Source: Candidatus Sericytochromatia bacterium
Lineage (GTDB): Bacteria; Cyanobacteriota; Sericytochromatia; S15B-MN24; JAQBPE01
NCBI GenBank assembly: GCA_036675505.1
Contig: JAKFEW010000047.1
Coordinates: 8,821 to 72,820, forward strand
Reading direction: 5' to 3'
DNA length: 64,000 bases
In this document: positions 41,981 through 52,003 of the stretch, in pieces
How positions within the stretch are numbered: the stretch's first letter is position 1
How the letters are laid out: each line of letters begins with the position of its first letter
Translations under genes and position numbers: made by a program
Notes under the pieces: generated by a model
The model's input: only the letters and a program-made list of their open reading frames with translations
Told to the model about the DNA's origin: nothing
Database searches by the model: none

Positions 41981-43438
41981 CTAGCCTCCAGCGACGCCCC
42001 TTCGCCATCCCCCGCCCAGGGCCTGGTAGAGGTTGACCACGGCCTGTTGCAGCAGCTTCCGGCGCTCGATCACCTCCATCTCGGCCTCCAGCAGGTCGCG
42101 CCGGACCAGCAGGACCTCGACGTAGTCCGCGCGCGCCGCCTTGAAGAGCACGGTCGACATCTCGACGGACCGCTTCAGCTTCTCCACCTGCTTCACCCGC
42201 AAGGCGTAGCCGGCCTGGACGTTCTCGAGGTTCGCGAGCTGGTTCGTGACGTCCGTGAACGCCTGCAGCACCGCCCGCTCGTAGCCGATCACCGCCGACA
42301 CCTGGCGCGCGTCGGCCGAGCGGTACTCGGCCTCGATCGCCGCCCGGTTCAGCACCGGCGCGATCAGGTTGCCGCCCAGTGCTGCCGCCAACGACTCCGG
42401 GATCGCCAGCAGGTGCGCAGGGTTGAAGGCCTTGAAGCCGGCTTTCGCGTCGATGGTCAGCGCCGGGAAGAAGGCCGCGCGCGCGGCCGCCACCTCCAGC
42501 TTCGCCGCGCCCAGCGCCAGCTCGGCTTGCCGCACGTCCGGCCGGTTCGCGAGCAGCGCCGACGGCACGCCGGCGCGCAGCAGCGGCGGCAGGGGGGCGT
42601 CGAGCTCGCGCACCTGCCGCGCGACGGCCTGCGGGTAGCGGCCCACCAGGAAGTTGATGCGGTTCTGGACCTGCACCTGCTCTTGCTCGAACTCCGGGCG
42701 CAGCGAGCGATTCTTGAGCACCTCGGCTTCGAAGCGCTGCACGGCGAGCTCCGTCACGCGCGCGGCCTGCTTCTCGATCTTGATCAGCGCCAGCGCCCGG
42801 GCCTGGATCGCGATGTTGCGGTCCAGCACCGCGAACTTCGCGTCGAGCGCCAGGAGGTCGTAGTACGACCGCGCGATCTCCGCAACCAGCTGCGTCACGA
42901 CGAAGTTCCGGCCCTCGAGGCCGGCCGCGTAGCGCGCGTCCGCCGCCGCGGCGTCGGCGCGCAGCTTGCCCCAGACGTCGACCTCCCACGAGGCCACGAG
43001 CCCGAAGCCGAAGTCGCCGAGCGGGTTCGACAGCTCATGCGCCTCGTCGCTCGTGCCCTGGCTGGTGTACCTCCCGACCCGGTCGGCCCCGAGGCCCGCG
43101 TCCGCGCGCACCTTGGGCCGGTACTCGCCGTGCTTCGCGGAGGCTTCGTTCTGGAGGATCACCAGCTCCTGGATGCGGAGGTTCAGCTCCTGGTTCTTGC
43201 CCAGCGCCTCATCGATCAGCGTGCGCAGCGCCGGGCTCGGGAAGACGTCGCGCCAGCTGCGGGTGGCGAGCCCTTCACCCATGGCCGCCGAGGGCTGGGG
43301 CGCGGGGTAAGAGGCCGGCAACTGGGCGGCAGGCTCCGCCTCGCGGTTGCGCACCAGCGCCGGGACGCAGGCGGTCGCGAGCAGGCACGCTGCCGCCAGT
43401 ACGGCCAGGGCGGCGGCGCGGCGTAGCTTACGCGGCAT
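41981..43438 (-). CDS. RND efflux outer-membrane factor (TolC/NodT-family lipoprotein)
   Basis: Lipobox LLATACVP. Paired coiled-coil/beta-barrel repeats typical of the OEP family. It overlaps the upstream RND gene. Confidence 0.8.
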   Translation of the reverse strand: MPRKLRRAAALAVLAAACLLATACVPALVRNREAEPAAQLPASYPAPQPSAAMGEGLATRSWRDVFPSPALRTLIDEALGKNQELNLRIQELVILQNEASAKHGEYRPKVRADAGLGADRVGRYTSQGTSDEAHELSNPLGDFGFGLVASWEVDVWGKLRADAAAADARYAAGLEGRNFVVTQLVAEIARSYYDLLALDAKFAVLDRNIAIQARALALIKIEKQAARVTELAVQRFEAEVLKNRSLRPEFEQEQVQVQNRINFLVGRYPQAVARQVRELDAPLPPLLRAGVPSALLANRPDVRQAELALGAAKLEVAAARAAFFPALTIDAKAGFKAFNPAHLLAIPESLAAALGGNLIAPVLNRAAIEAEYRSADARQVSAVIGYERAVLQAFTDVTNQLANLENVQAGYALRVKQVEKLKRSVEMSTVLFKAARADYVEVLLVRRDLLEAEMEVIERRKLLQQAVVNLYQALGGGWRRGVAGG

Positions 43439-46400
43439 GCACGAGCACCTCGGTCACGGGCTCTTCATCCTCGTCGCTGACGAGCTTCTTGCGCTCCGCC
43501 AGGCTGCCGAAGATGTAGTAGAGGCCGGGGATGAGGATCGCCCCGATGATGGTGCCAAGCACCATCCCGCCCAGGGCCGAGGAGCCGATCGTGCGGTTGC
43601 CGATGGCGCCCGGGCCGGTCGCGACGACCAGCGGCAGCAGGCCCGCGATGAAGGCCAGCGAGGTCATCAGGATCGGGCGGAAGCGGACCCTGGCGCCTTC
43701 GATCGCCGCCTCGGCGACCGACAGGCCCTGGTGGTGCTTCTGGACGGCGAACTCGACGATCAGGACGGCGTTCTTGCCGAGCAGGCCGATCAGCATGATC
43801 ACGCCGATCTGCGCGTAGACGTCGTTGGCGAGTCCCATGTACTTGAGCAACGCGTACGACCCGAGCACCCCGGGCGGCAACGAGAGGATCACGGCGAACG
43901 GCAGCAAGAAGCTCTCGTACTGGCCCGCGAGCACCAGGTAGACGAAGCCGACCACGACCAGCATCAGGACGATCGACTCGTTGCCCTTCTGCGCCTCCTG
44001 GAACGACAAGCCTTCCCAGCCGATGCCGTAGCCGCGCGGCAGGGTCGTAGCTGCCACCTCCTTGACCGCGGCGATCGCGTCGCCGCTGGAGTAGCCCTTG
44101 GCGGCATCGCCGCGGATGGTCGCCGCGTTGTACAAGTTGTAGCGCGTGACCTCGTTCGGGCCGACCGTCTTGCGCAGCTTCATGAACGCGGCGTAGGGCA
44201 CCATGTCGCCGCGATCGTTCTTGACGAAGTAGTTCATGAGGTCCGACGGCACGCGCCGGAACTCCGGCGAGGCCTGCACGTACACCTTGAAGAAGTTGCT
44301 GAACCGGATGAAGCCTTGCTCGTAGGTCGAGCCGATCAGGATGTCCAGGTTCTCCATCAGGTCCTTGATCGTCAAGCCCTTCTGCATCGCCGCCTCGTTG
44401 TCGATTTGCAGCTCGTACTGCGGGTAGTTGGCGGCGTAAAAGGAGAACAGGCCGGTCAGCTCCTGGCGCTTGCCCAGGTTCGCCATGAACTCCTTGTTGA
44501 CCTCGTCGAACGAGAAGTAGTCGCCGGTGTTGGTCTTGTCGAGCAGGCGCAGCGAGAAGCCGCCCGCCTCGCCGTAGCCCGGCACCGCGGGGGGCTCGAA
44601 GAACTCGATGTTCGCGCCGAGGCCCCTGGATTTCTCCTCGAGCTCCTCGATGATCTGGCGGATGCCCTGCTTGCGCTCGGACCAGTCCGTGAGGTCGATC
44701 ATGCAGGTGCCGGCGTTCGAGCCGCGGCCCTCCGTGAGCACCTCGTAGCCGGCCAACGAGGTGACCGAGGCGACGCCCTCGACCTTCTTCGCGATCACCT
44801 GGAGCTGGCGCGAGACGTCGTTGGTCTGCTCGAGCGTCGTGCCCGGCGGCGTCTGGATGATGCCGTAGATCATGCCCTGGTCCTCGCTCGGCACGAAGCC
44901 GTCGGGCAGGACACGGCCCAGGTAGACGGTGCCGGCCACGGCGATCGCCAGCATGCCGACCGTGAGCACGCGCCTGGTCACGATCCGCCGCAGCAGCGCG
45001 ACGTACAGGTCCGTGAGGCGCTCGAAGCTGCGGTTGAACCAGCCGAGGAACAGGCTGAGCGGCGTGCGCCGCCTCGCCCGCCCATGGAGCGGGCGCAGGA
45101 TCATGGCGCACAGGACCGGCGTGAGCGTGAGCGCCACGATGCCGGAGAGGATGATCGACGAGGCCATCGTGAGCGAGAACTGGCGGTAGAACTCGCCGAT
45201 CGGCCCGTCGATGAAGCACAGCGGCACGAACACGGCCGTCATGACGAGCGTGATGGCGACGATGGCGCCACTGATCTCGCCTAGCACCATCTTCACGGCG
45301 TCGGCCGGCGAGACGTACGCCTGCTCCATCTTCGCATGCACCGCCTCGACCACGACGATCGCGTTGTCGACGACGATGCCGATCGCGAGCACCAGGGCGA
45401 AGAGCGTGATCAGGTTGATCGTGGCGCCGAAGCCGCGCATCACCGTGAAGGCGCCGATCAGCGACACCGGCACGGCCAGGGTCGGGATCAAGGTCGATCG
45501 CCAGTCGCCCAGGAAGATGAAGACGACGAGCGCCACCAGCACGAAGGCCTCGCCCAGCGTGTGCAGCACCTGCGCGATCGAAGCGTCGAGGAAGCGCGAG
45601 ACGTCGTAGCTGAGCTCGAAGTCCATCCCCGGCGGGAAGGATTCCTTCCGCAACTCCTCGAGCTTCGCCTTGACGTCCTGGATCACCTGGCGCGCGTTGC
45701 TGCCGTAGGACTGCTTGAGCACGATCGAGGCGGACGGGTGGCCGTCGATGTTCGAGTAGATGTCGAAGAACTCGCTGCCGAGCTCGACCTTCGCGAGATC
45801 CTTGAGCCGCAAGAACTCGCCGTTGGGGTTGGCGCGGACGATGATGTTCTCGTACTCCTCGGGCTTGTTGTAGCGCCCCTTGTACGTCAGGCAGTATTCG
45901 GTCGCGTTGGACGTCATGCCCGTCGCCTGGCCCAGCCGGCCCGGCCGGCCGATCACGCTCTGCTCCTCCAGCGCCTTCATGACTTCGTTGGTCGCGACGT
46001 TGTAGGCGCGCATGCGGTCGGGGTTCAGCCAGACGCGCATGGCGTAGGTGCGCGAGCCGAGGATGCGGGTCTGGGCGATGCCTGGGACGCGGCTCAGCTC
46101 GGGCAGCAAATTCACGCTGGCGAAGTTGAACAGGAACTTCTGGTCGGCGGCCTTGTCCTTGCTGTACAAGTTGATGTTCATCAACATGCTCGGCCGCACC
46201 GGGTTGACGATCACGCCTTCGAGCTGGACGAGCGGCGGCAGCTTGTTGGCGACCTGGTCCACGCGGTTCTTGACCTGGACCAGCGCGTCGTTCGGGTCGG
46301 TGCCCAGGTCGAAGATGACCTGAATCGTCGCCTCGCCGGCGCTGGTCGCGTCGGACATGATGTAGCTCATGCCTGGCACGCCATTGATCGACCGCTCCAG

Positions 46401-46592
46401 GGTGATCAGCGACGACTGGATCAGCACGTCCGCGCTGGCGCCGGGGTAGGCCAGCGAGACCATGACGCGCGGCGGGGCGATCTCGGGGAACTGCGAGACC
46501 GGCAGCGCGCCGAGCGAGAGCAGGCCCACGAAGACGACCAGGACCGACAGGACGATCGCGAGGACCGGTCGGCGGAGGAACTTCTCAAACAC
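43428..46592 (-). CDS. RND-family (HAE1, AcrB-like) efflux permease
   Basis: 1054 aa with 12 TM helices and large periplasmic loops. AcrB-like conserved blocks are present (e.g. GIVVDNAIVVVE). Confidence 0.92.
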   Translation of the reverse strand: MFEKFLRRPVLAIVLSVLVVFVGLLSLGALPVSQFPEIAPPRVMVSLAYPGASADVLIQSSLITLERSINGVPGMSYIMSDATSAGEATIQVIFDLGTDPNDALVQVKNRVDQVANKLPPLVQLEGVIVNPVRPSMLMNINLYSKDKAADQKFLFNFASVNLLPELSRVPGIAQTRILGSRTYAMRVWLNPDRMRAYNVATNEVMKALEEQSVIGRPGRLGQATGMTSNATEYCLTYKGRYNKPEEYENIIVRANPNGEFLRLKDLAKVELGSEFFDIYSNIDGHPSASIVLKQSYGSNARQVIQDVKAKLEELRKESFPPGMDFELSYDVSRFLDASIAQVLHTLGEAFVLVALVVFIFLGDWRSTLIPTLAVPVSLIGAFTVMRGFGATINLITLFALVLAIGIVVDNAIVVVEAVHAKMEQAYVSPADAVKMVLGEISGAIVAITLVMTAVFVPLCFIDGPIGEFYRQFSLTMASSIILSGIVALTLTPVLCAMILRPLHGRARRRTPLSLFLGWFNRSFERLTDLYVALLRRIVTRRVLTVGMLAIAVAGTVYLGRVLPDGFVPSEDQGMIYGIIQTPPGTTLEQTNDVSRQLQVIAKKVEGVASVTSLAGYEVLTEGRGSNAGTCMIDLTDWSERKQGIRQIIEELEEKSRGLGANIEFFEPPAVPGYGEAGGFSLRLLDKTNTGDYFSFDEVNKEFMANLGKRQELTGLFSFYAANYPQYELQIDNEAAMQKGLTIKDLMENLDILIGSTYEQGFIRFSNFFKVYVQASPEFRRVPSDLMNYFVKNDRGDMVPYAAFMKLRKTVGPNEVTRYNLYNAATIRGDAAKGYSSGDAIAAVKEVAATTLPRGYGIGWEGLSFQEAQKGNESIVLMLVVVGFVYLVLAGQYESFLLPFAVILSLPPGVLGSYALLKYMGLANDVYAQIGVIMLIGLLGKNAVLIVEFAVQKHHQGLSVAEAAIEGARVRFRPILMTSLAFIAGLLPLVVATGPGAIGNRTIGSSALGGMVLGTIIGAILIPGLYYIFGSLAERKKLVSDEDEEPVTEVLVHAA

Positions 46593-46598
46593 GGCGAA

Positions 46599-47681
46599 TC
46601 ACTCCACGGGCACGTCGAGGTGCGCGAGCACCTCTTCGGGCTTCTGGTAGGCGGGCGCGATCTCGCTGCCGTCCTGCACCTTGCGCAGCCCCTCGAAGAG
46701 GATCCGGTCCTGCTCGCTCAGGCCGCTCGCGACCAGGAAGGTCTCGGTCGTCTCCGCCGCGGTCGTGATCAGGCGCGACCTGATGACGTTCTTCTCGTCC
46801 ACGACGTAGACGTACTTCTTGTCGAGCACGTCGAAGGTCGCCTTCTTCGGGATGAGCAGGGCATCGTTGACCGGTAGCTTCATGAGCACCTTGCCGGTCT
46901 CGCCGTGCCTGAGCAGGCCCTCGGGGTTCGGGAAGGTCGCCCGGAAGGGGATGGTGCCGTTCTCGACGTTGAAGTCGGCGATGATCGTCTCGATTTTGCC
47001 GGGCCGGCTGTAGGTCTTGCCGTTCGCCATGAGGAGCTGCACCGCCGAGGGGTTCTGCTTCGACGACCGCGATTTGAGGTCGAGGTACTCGGCCTCCGAG
47101 ACGTTGAAGTACACCCAAATCTTGCTGTTGTCGGACAGCGTGGTCAGCGTGTCGCCTTCGGCGAGCAGGCTGCCGCGCCGCACTTGCAGCTGGCCCATGA
47201 TCCCGTCGAACGGGGCGCGGATCAGCGTGAAGTCCTTGTGTGCGTCGGCGAGCGAGAGCTCGGCCTTGGCCTTGTCGTAGTTGGCCTTGGCGAGCGCGAA
47301 CTCGTTCGGCGATACGATCTGCTTGTCGGCGAGCATCTTCGCGTTCGCGAGCTCGACCCGCGCGCGCGCAAGCTCCGCCTTCGCCTTCTGGGCCTCGGCC
47401 TGGTAGATGAGGGGCTGGATCTGGAACATCTTGGCGCCGCGCCGGACCGCCTGGCCCTCGTCGACGAAGGTGTCCTGGAGGTAGCCCCGCTCGAGCGCAC
47501 GGAGATCGACGTGCTGGATGGCGCGGATCCTCGCCACATACTCCTTCGTGAGCTCCGTCGATTTCCGCAGCGGGTGGGTGACGGGGAACTTCACAGGTTC
47601 CTCGGCGTGGTGGCCCTCGGAATGGCATCCCTGCACCCAGAGCGCAGCCAACGCGGTGGCGACAATGGCGAAGCGGTTCAA
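46599..47681 (-). CDS. RND efflux membrane fusion protein (periplasmic adaptor, AcrA/HlyD-like)
   Basis: Signal peptide, then coiled-coil hairpin, lipoyl and beta-barrel segments typical of MFPs. It is the first gene of the MFP-RND-OMP operon. Confidence 0.85.
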   Translation of the reverse strand: MNRFAIVATALAALWVQGCHSEGHHAEEPVKFPVTHPLRKSTELTKEYVARIRAIQHVDLRALERGYLQDTFVDEGQAVRRGAKMFQIQPLIYQAEAQKAKAELARARVELANAKMLADKQIVSPNEFALAKANYDKAKAELSLADAHKDFTLIRAPFDGIMGQLQVRRGSLLAEGDTLTTLSDNSKIWVYFNVSEAEYLDLKSRSSKQNPSAVQLLMANGKTYSRPGKIETIIADFNVENGTIPFRATFPNPEGLLRHGETGKVLMKLPVNDALLIPKKATFDVLDKKYVYVVDEKNVIRSRLITTAAETTETFLVASGLSEQDRILFEGLRKVQDGSEIAPAYQKPEEVLAHLDVPVE

Positions 47682-47913
47682 TGGTTCCCTCTTTCACGCG
47701 AGCGCGATCTCTCGAACAGTCTGCATCACGGCCCGGAGAGGAACCGAAGAGTACGACGAGAATTTGCAGAGAACGGGCAGGCGCCGCGCCGGGCCGCGCA
47801 CAACCAGGCGACCCCGGATGATCGACCCGACCTTGCCGCTGGTTCTCGCTGAACTCTAAGGATCCCGCGTTAGCCTCGGCGGAGGTCTTCCGACGAGGCC
47901 AGCACGGTGTACC

Positions 47914-48615
47914 ATGACGAGCGTGACGACCGATCCCTCAAACAAGCTGCGGATCCTCGTGGTGGAGGACGAGGCGGCCATCGCGGAGTTCCTCGCCACC
48001 GAGCTGCGCTTCGAGGGCTTCGAGGTGCGCGTGGAGCGAGACGGGATGCGGGGCATGATCGCAGCCCGGCAAAACCCGCCGGACCTGATTTTGCTGGATC
48101 GGATGCTGCCTGGCGTCGACGGCCTGGAGTTCTGCCGTCGGATTCGCAGCAGCTCCGACGTGCCGATCATTATGCTGACCGCGAAGGGCGACCTCCTCGA
48201 CCGGGTCGAAGGGCTGAACACGGGGGCGAACGACTACGTGGCGAAGCCCTTCCACTTCGAGGAGCTGCTCGCCCGCGTCAACGCCCAGCTCCGGGCGTCG
48301 CGGCCCGCCCCCAAGGCCGTTTACCGCGTGGGCGACCTGTCGCTCGACCCGGCCACGCGGGAAGTGCGGCGGGGAGACAGCCTCATCGAGTTGACGCCCC
48401 GCGAGTTCGGGCTCCTGGCGTACATGATCCGCCATCCGCGCCAGGTGCTCACGCGCGACCAGATCCTCGAGGCCGTGTGGGGCTTCGATTTCGGCGGCGA
48501 GGGCGGCGTCGTCGAGGTGTACGTGCGCTACCTGCGCGCGAAGCTCGAGCGCGACGGGTTGCCGCGCCTCTTCCACACCGTGCGCGGGGTCGGCTACATC
48601 TTGAAGGAGCGCTAG
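47914..48615 (+). CDS. OmpR-family response regulator
   Basis: Receiver domain (LRILVVEDE...DLILLDRMLPGVDGL) and winged-helix trans_reg_C domain (...VEVYVRYLRAKLE...VRGVGY). It is divergent from the RND operon. Confidence 0.9.
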   Translation: MTSVTTDPSNKLRILVVEDEAAIAEFLATELRFEGFEVRVERDGMRGMIAARQNPPDLILLDRMLPGVDGLEFCRRIRSSSDVPIIMLTAKGDLLDRVEGLNTGANDYVAKPFHFEELLARVNAQLRASRPAPKAVYRVGDLSLDPATREVRRGDSLIELTPREFGLLAYMIRHPRQVLTRDQILEAVWGFDFGGEGGVVEVYVRYLRAKLERDGLPRLFHTVRGVGYILKER

Positions 48616-48620
48616 CCGAG

Positions 48621-50024
48621 GTGACCATCCGGCTACGGCTCACGTTCTTGATCACCGCGTTGCTCGGGGCGGTGGGGCTTTTGTGGGGCGTCGCGCTCGT
48701 CGGCGGGCTGTGGCTGACGCTCGGTCGCATCGCCGAGACCGACGTGCGCGACAAGGTCCATGTGATCGAGGATTACCTCGTCGACCTCGACCGCGAGCTG
48801 CGGCGCGATGGACGGCAGCTCGCGCTCACGTCGTTCGACGCCCTGCCCCGGGCATTCTCGGACGACGGCATGTTCCTGCAGCTCACCGCGCCCGACGGGG
48901 CACCGCTCAACCGCAGCCCCAACCTCGGTGACCGCCGGCTGCCGTTGCCGACGAGCGCTGAGCTCACCCAGATCGACCTCGACGTCGGCCGGCCCGGCGG
49001 CCCCCGCGAGGCGTTGATGGCGGCCCGCCCCCTTGTGCTGCCGGGACGCGGGAACGTCGGTTGGGTCCTGGCGGCCTACCCCCTGGAGCGGCATGAGCGC
49101 ACGGTGTCGCGCTTCGCGGCCATGGCCGGCGCCAGCTGGCTGCTCTTCGTGAGCGTCGCGGTCATGCTCGGCTACTACTTCGCCGGCCGGGCGCTCGCAC
49201 CCGTGGTCGCCATGACGGAGGGCGTCGAGCGCTTGAGCTCGACCGAGCTCCCGTGGCGGGTGCCGATCAACCACCCGCCCCAGGACGAGATCGATCGGCT
49301 CGGCTCGACGTTCAATGCGCTTTTCGAGCGCCTCGAGTCCACGTTCGAGGCGAAGCGCCGCTTCGTCGCCGACGCCTCACACGAGCTGAAGACGCCGCTC
49401 ACCGCGATCCTGGGCAACCTCAGGCTGATCCGGGCGCGGGGACCCGCTCACCCGACCGAGATCCCCGCCTGGGCCGATGCAGCCAGCCGTGAGGCGGAGC
49501 GGCTGGAGCGACTCGTCGAGAGCCTCCTGGTGCTGGCTCGGTCGGGCGAGGGCAGGCTCGCGCTCGAGCGGCTGCCGGTCGACCTCGCGGAGGTCGCGCG
49601 CGAGGTCGTCGCCGAGTTCCGGACCCTGGCATCGCGCGTCACGTTCGTCGGCGATGAGCGCGCCTGGGTGATCGGCGACCGCGACCGGCTCAAGCAGGTC
49701 GCGATCAACCTCGTGGACAACGCCTTGCGCGCCACGCGCGAGGCGGGCGAGGTGGAGGTGCGCGTCGAGCCTGGTCGCGAGGTCGTGCGGCTAATCGTCA
49801 AGGACACCGGCATCGGCATGCCGCCCGAGGCGCTCCCGCGGATCTTCAACCGCTTCTACCGGGTCGATGAGGCCCGTGATCGCGCCTACGGCGGCTCGGG
49901 GCTCGGCCTCGCGATCACGGCCGCGCTGGTCGAAGACCACGAGGGCAGCATCGACGTGGAGAGCACGGAGGGCGTGGGCACCCGCTTCGAGGTGCGCTTG
50001 CCCGCGGCCCACGCCGATATCTGA
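48621..50024 (+). CDS. Sensor histidine kinase (two TM helices, HAMP, HisKA, HATPase_c)
   Basis: H-box ADASHELKTPLTAILG. N/G boxes (LVDNALRAT, DTGIGM, GGSGLGLAI). A GTG start lies 5 nt after the RR stop. Confidence 0.85.
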   Translation: MTIRLRLTFLITALLGAVGLLWGVALVGGLWLTLGRIAETDVRDKVHVIEDYLVDLDRELRRDGRQLALTSFDALPRAFSDDGMFLQLTAPDGAPLNRSPNLGDRRLPLPTSAELTQIDLDVGRPGGPREALMAARPLVLPGRGNVGWVLAAYPLERHERTVSRFAAMAGASWLLFVSVAVMLGYYFAGRALAPVVAMTEGVERLSSTELPWRVPINHPPQDEIDRLGSTFNALFERLESTFEAKRRFVADASHELKTPLTAILGNLRLIRARGPAHPTEIPAWADAASREAERLERLVESLLVLARSGEGRLALERLPVDLAEVAREVVAEFRTLASRVTFVGDERAWVIGDRDRLKQVAINLVDNALRATREAGEVEVRVEPGREVVRLIVKDTGIGMPPEALPRIFNRFYRVDEARDRAYGGSGLGLAITAALVEDHEGSIDVESTEGVGTRFEVRLPAAHADI

Positions 50025-50056
50025 GGCCACCGGCGCGCCTGGGGGGCTTTGCGCGG

Positions 50057-50554
50057 TCAACGGTCGTTGCAGATGATACAGCCTTCGGCGTGCTGGAAGA
50101 CGCCGTGCACCGGACACCGGATGACCGCGGCCGGCCATCCGAGCCACGGCGTCCGATCCTCCTCCCAGGCCACGTCCGCAGGCTCCAGGGCCTCGATCAG
50201 CGTCGCGAAGCCGTCCAGGTTGGCGTCCACCCGGTCGGGCGGGGGGGCGTAACTCAATCGGTCCCAGCCCGTCCGCGCCTTCGCTGCTTCAACGGCCGTG
50301 AGCAGGAACGCGCGGTCGGCCGCGAACGTGGCTGGCTCCCACGGAAGGTCGGACAGCGCGAACCCCGCCACGCCCCGGCCCATCAGCGCCTGGTCCTGGC
50401 TGGCGAGCCAGATCAGCAGGCGTTCCTGCGGGGCCGTCCGGGCCAGCGCCGCGCCGGCCAGGCACAGGACCGCGAGCAGCGCGTCCGTGCCGCCGTTGGT
50501 GATGCGGAACTCACCCTCACGTTTGGCGGGGCTCGTGGCGAACCGGTTGGACAT
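50057..50554 (-). CDS. Hypothetical protein with a C-terminal Cys/His cluster
   Basis: 165 aa ending with ...CPVHGVFQHAEGCIICNDR. Confidence 0.4.
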   Translation of the reverse strand: MSNRFATSPAKREGEFRITNGGTDALLAVLCLAGAALARTAPQERLLIWLASQDQALMGRGVAGFALSDLPWEPATFAADRAFLLTAVEAAKARTGWDRLSYAPPPDRVDANLDGFATLIEALEPADVAWEEDRTPWLGWPAAVIRCPVHGVFQHAEGCIICNDR

Positions 50555-50691
50555 CTCGGACCTCGTCGAACTTGTTGCCCGCTGCGCCGGCGACTATGAT
50601 TATCCTATGCATACGACTCCCCCTGCCAGGATGCTCAAATCCCGGATAGGAGCCGCCTTGACGGAGTCTACCTTGCTCGAGGCGGTGGCGT

Positions 50692-51261
50692 TTGGCTGAG
50701 ACCAAGCCCGGCCGGGGTTGCGGTTGCCTGTCGATCTATGTCGTCTTGTTCGCCGCATTCGTGATCCAACTCCAGTGGAAGTTTCACCAGCGCGACGTGC
50801 GCAACGCGGCCTTCGTCCAGGAGGCCGGCCAGGTGGCCGACGCCCTCGAAGCCTATTCCCGCGACCATGGAGGCGTCTTCCCGGAAGCCGCCGAGGTCCA
50901 GACGGCGGTGGCCCCACGCCTGCCCGACCACCGCTGGCCCGCCCAGCGCTGGAACCGCCACGGCCGACCAGCCGTGCCGGTCCCGCTCATGACGCCAGAC
51001 GAGATGATGACCTTTCGCGATGCGTCGGGAAACCACCCGCTCGTCGGCTCCGCAGCGGCGGGCCCGCTGCCTTCGTTCGCGCCCGGCGGGCACGCTTCCC
51101 TCGCCTACGGGTCCATGCCGCTCGGGTCCCTGATTTACGTGACGGACCCGCCGCGTCGCCACTACGTGCTGTACGCCGTCGGCGGCTACGCCCTCACGGA
51201 CTCACCCGACGGCGGCGTCGAGCTGCCCGCGATCCGGCTCGTGCGCACGAATCGAAGGTGA
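50692..51261 (+). CDS. Hypothetical membrane-anchored protein
   Basis: N-terminal TM helix LSIYVVLFAAFVIQL. Coding-like GC3. Confidence 0.4.
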   Translation: MAETKPGRGCGCLSIYVVLFAAFVIQLQWKFHQRDVRNAAFVQEAGQVADALEAYSRDHGGVFPEAAEVQTAVAPRLPDHRWPAQRWNRHGRPAVPVPLMTPDEMMTFRDASGNHPLVGSAAAGPLPSFAPGGHASLAYGSMPLGSLIYVTDPPRRHYVLYAVGGYALTDSPDGGVELPAIRLVRTNRR

Positions 51262-51305
51262 AGGATTCAGGCCCGAATCGGTATGATGGTGTTCCAGGAG
51301 AAGCA

Positions 51306-51881
51306 ATGCCACACGTCGTCCCCCCCGAGGCCCAACCCCCCTTCCCTCCTCTGCGTTCCGCCCGACTCGTCCTGCGCCGGCTGGAGCATCGGGACGTCGA
51401 CGCGTTCACGGCCTACCGCAACGATCCCGAGGTCGCGCGGTACCAGAGCTGGGACGGCATGACGAGCGACGAGGCCGATGCCTTCATCCGCGACCAGCAC
51501 ACGGTCGTGCCGGGCCAACCGGGCCGCTGGGTCCAGTACGCCATCGAGCTCGAGGCGACAGGGGCGTTGTGCGGCGACGCCGCCATCGGCCTCTCGGAGG
51601 ACGGCCGCCAGGCGGAGATCGGCTTCACCCTGGCCCGCAGCCGCCAGGGCCGGGGCATCGCCACCGAAGCCGTGGCGACGATGCTCGATCACGCGTTCGC
51701 CGCCTGGGGGCTGCATCGCGTCTCGGCGACCACCGATTGCCTCAACGCGGGCTCGATCGCCCTGCTCGAGCGACTCGGCTTCCGGCGAGAGGCCCACCAC
51801 GTCCAGAACGTGTGGTTCAAAGGCGGGTGGGGCAGTGAGTACGTGTACGCGATGCTCGCGCGGGATTGGGCCCAGCGTTAG
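51306..51881 (+). CDS. GNAT-family N-acetyltransferase (RimJ/RimL-like)
   Basis: LRSARLVLRRLEHRDVDAFTAYRNDPEVARYQSW...ARSRQGRGIATEAVATMLDHAF...ALLERLGF has the acetyl-CoA-binding motif Q/RxxGxG/A. Confidence 0.8.
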   Translation: MPHVVPPEAQPPFPPLRSARLVLRRLEHRDVDAFTAYRNDPEVARYQSWDGMTSDEADAFIRDQHTVVPGQPGRWVQYAIELEATGALCGDAAIGLSEDGRQAEIGFTLARSRQGRGIATEAVATMLDHAFAAWGLHRVSATTDCLNAGSIALLERLGFRREAHHVQNVWFKGGWGSEYVYAMLARDWAQR

Positions 51882-52003
51882 GCGCGGTCAAGGACGAACA
51901 GCTGACCCTTTGCGTCGCCCGCCGGAGCCAGCCCGCCGCCAATCCTTAACGCCGCCGGCCGGGTTTGTCGCCGGCCTGTCGCCCGCGCGCCCGATGAAAC
52001 GGT

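Noticed and set aside
43347-45284. Long + strand ORFs (645 aa, plus the 584-aa minus-strand alternative frame) inside the RND permease gene
   Set aside because: They are alternative-frame or antisense artefacts of a high-GC gene. The AcrB-like minus-strand frame (43428-46592) has clear family signatures.
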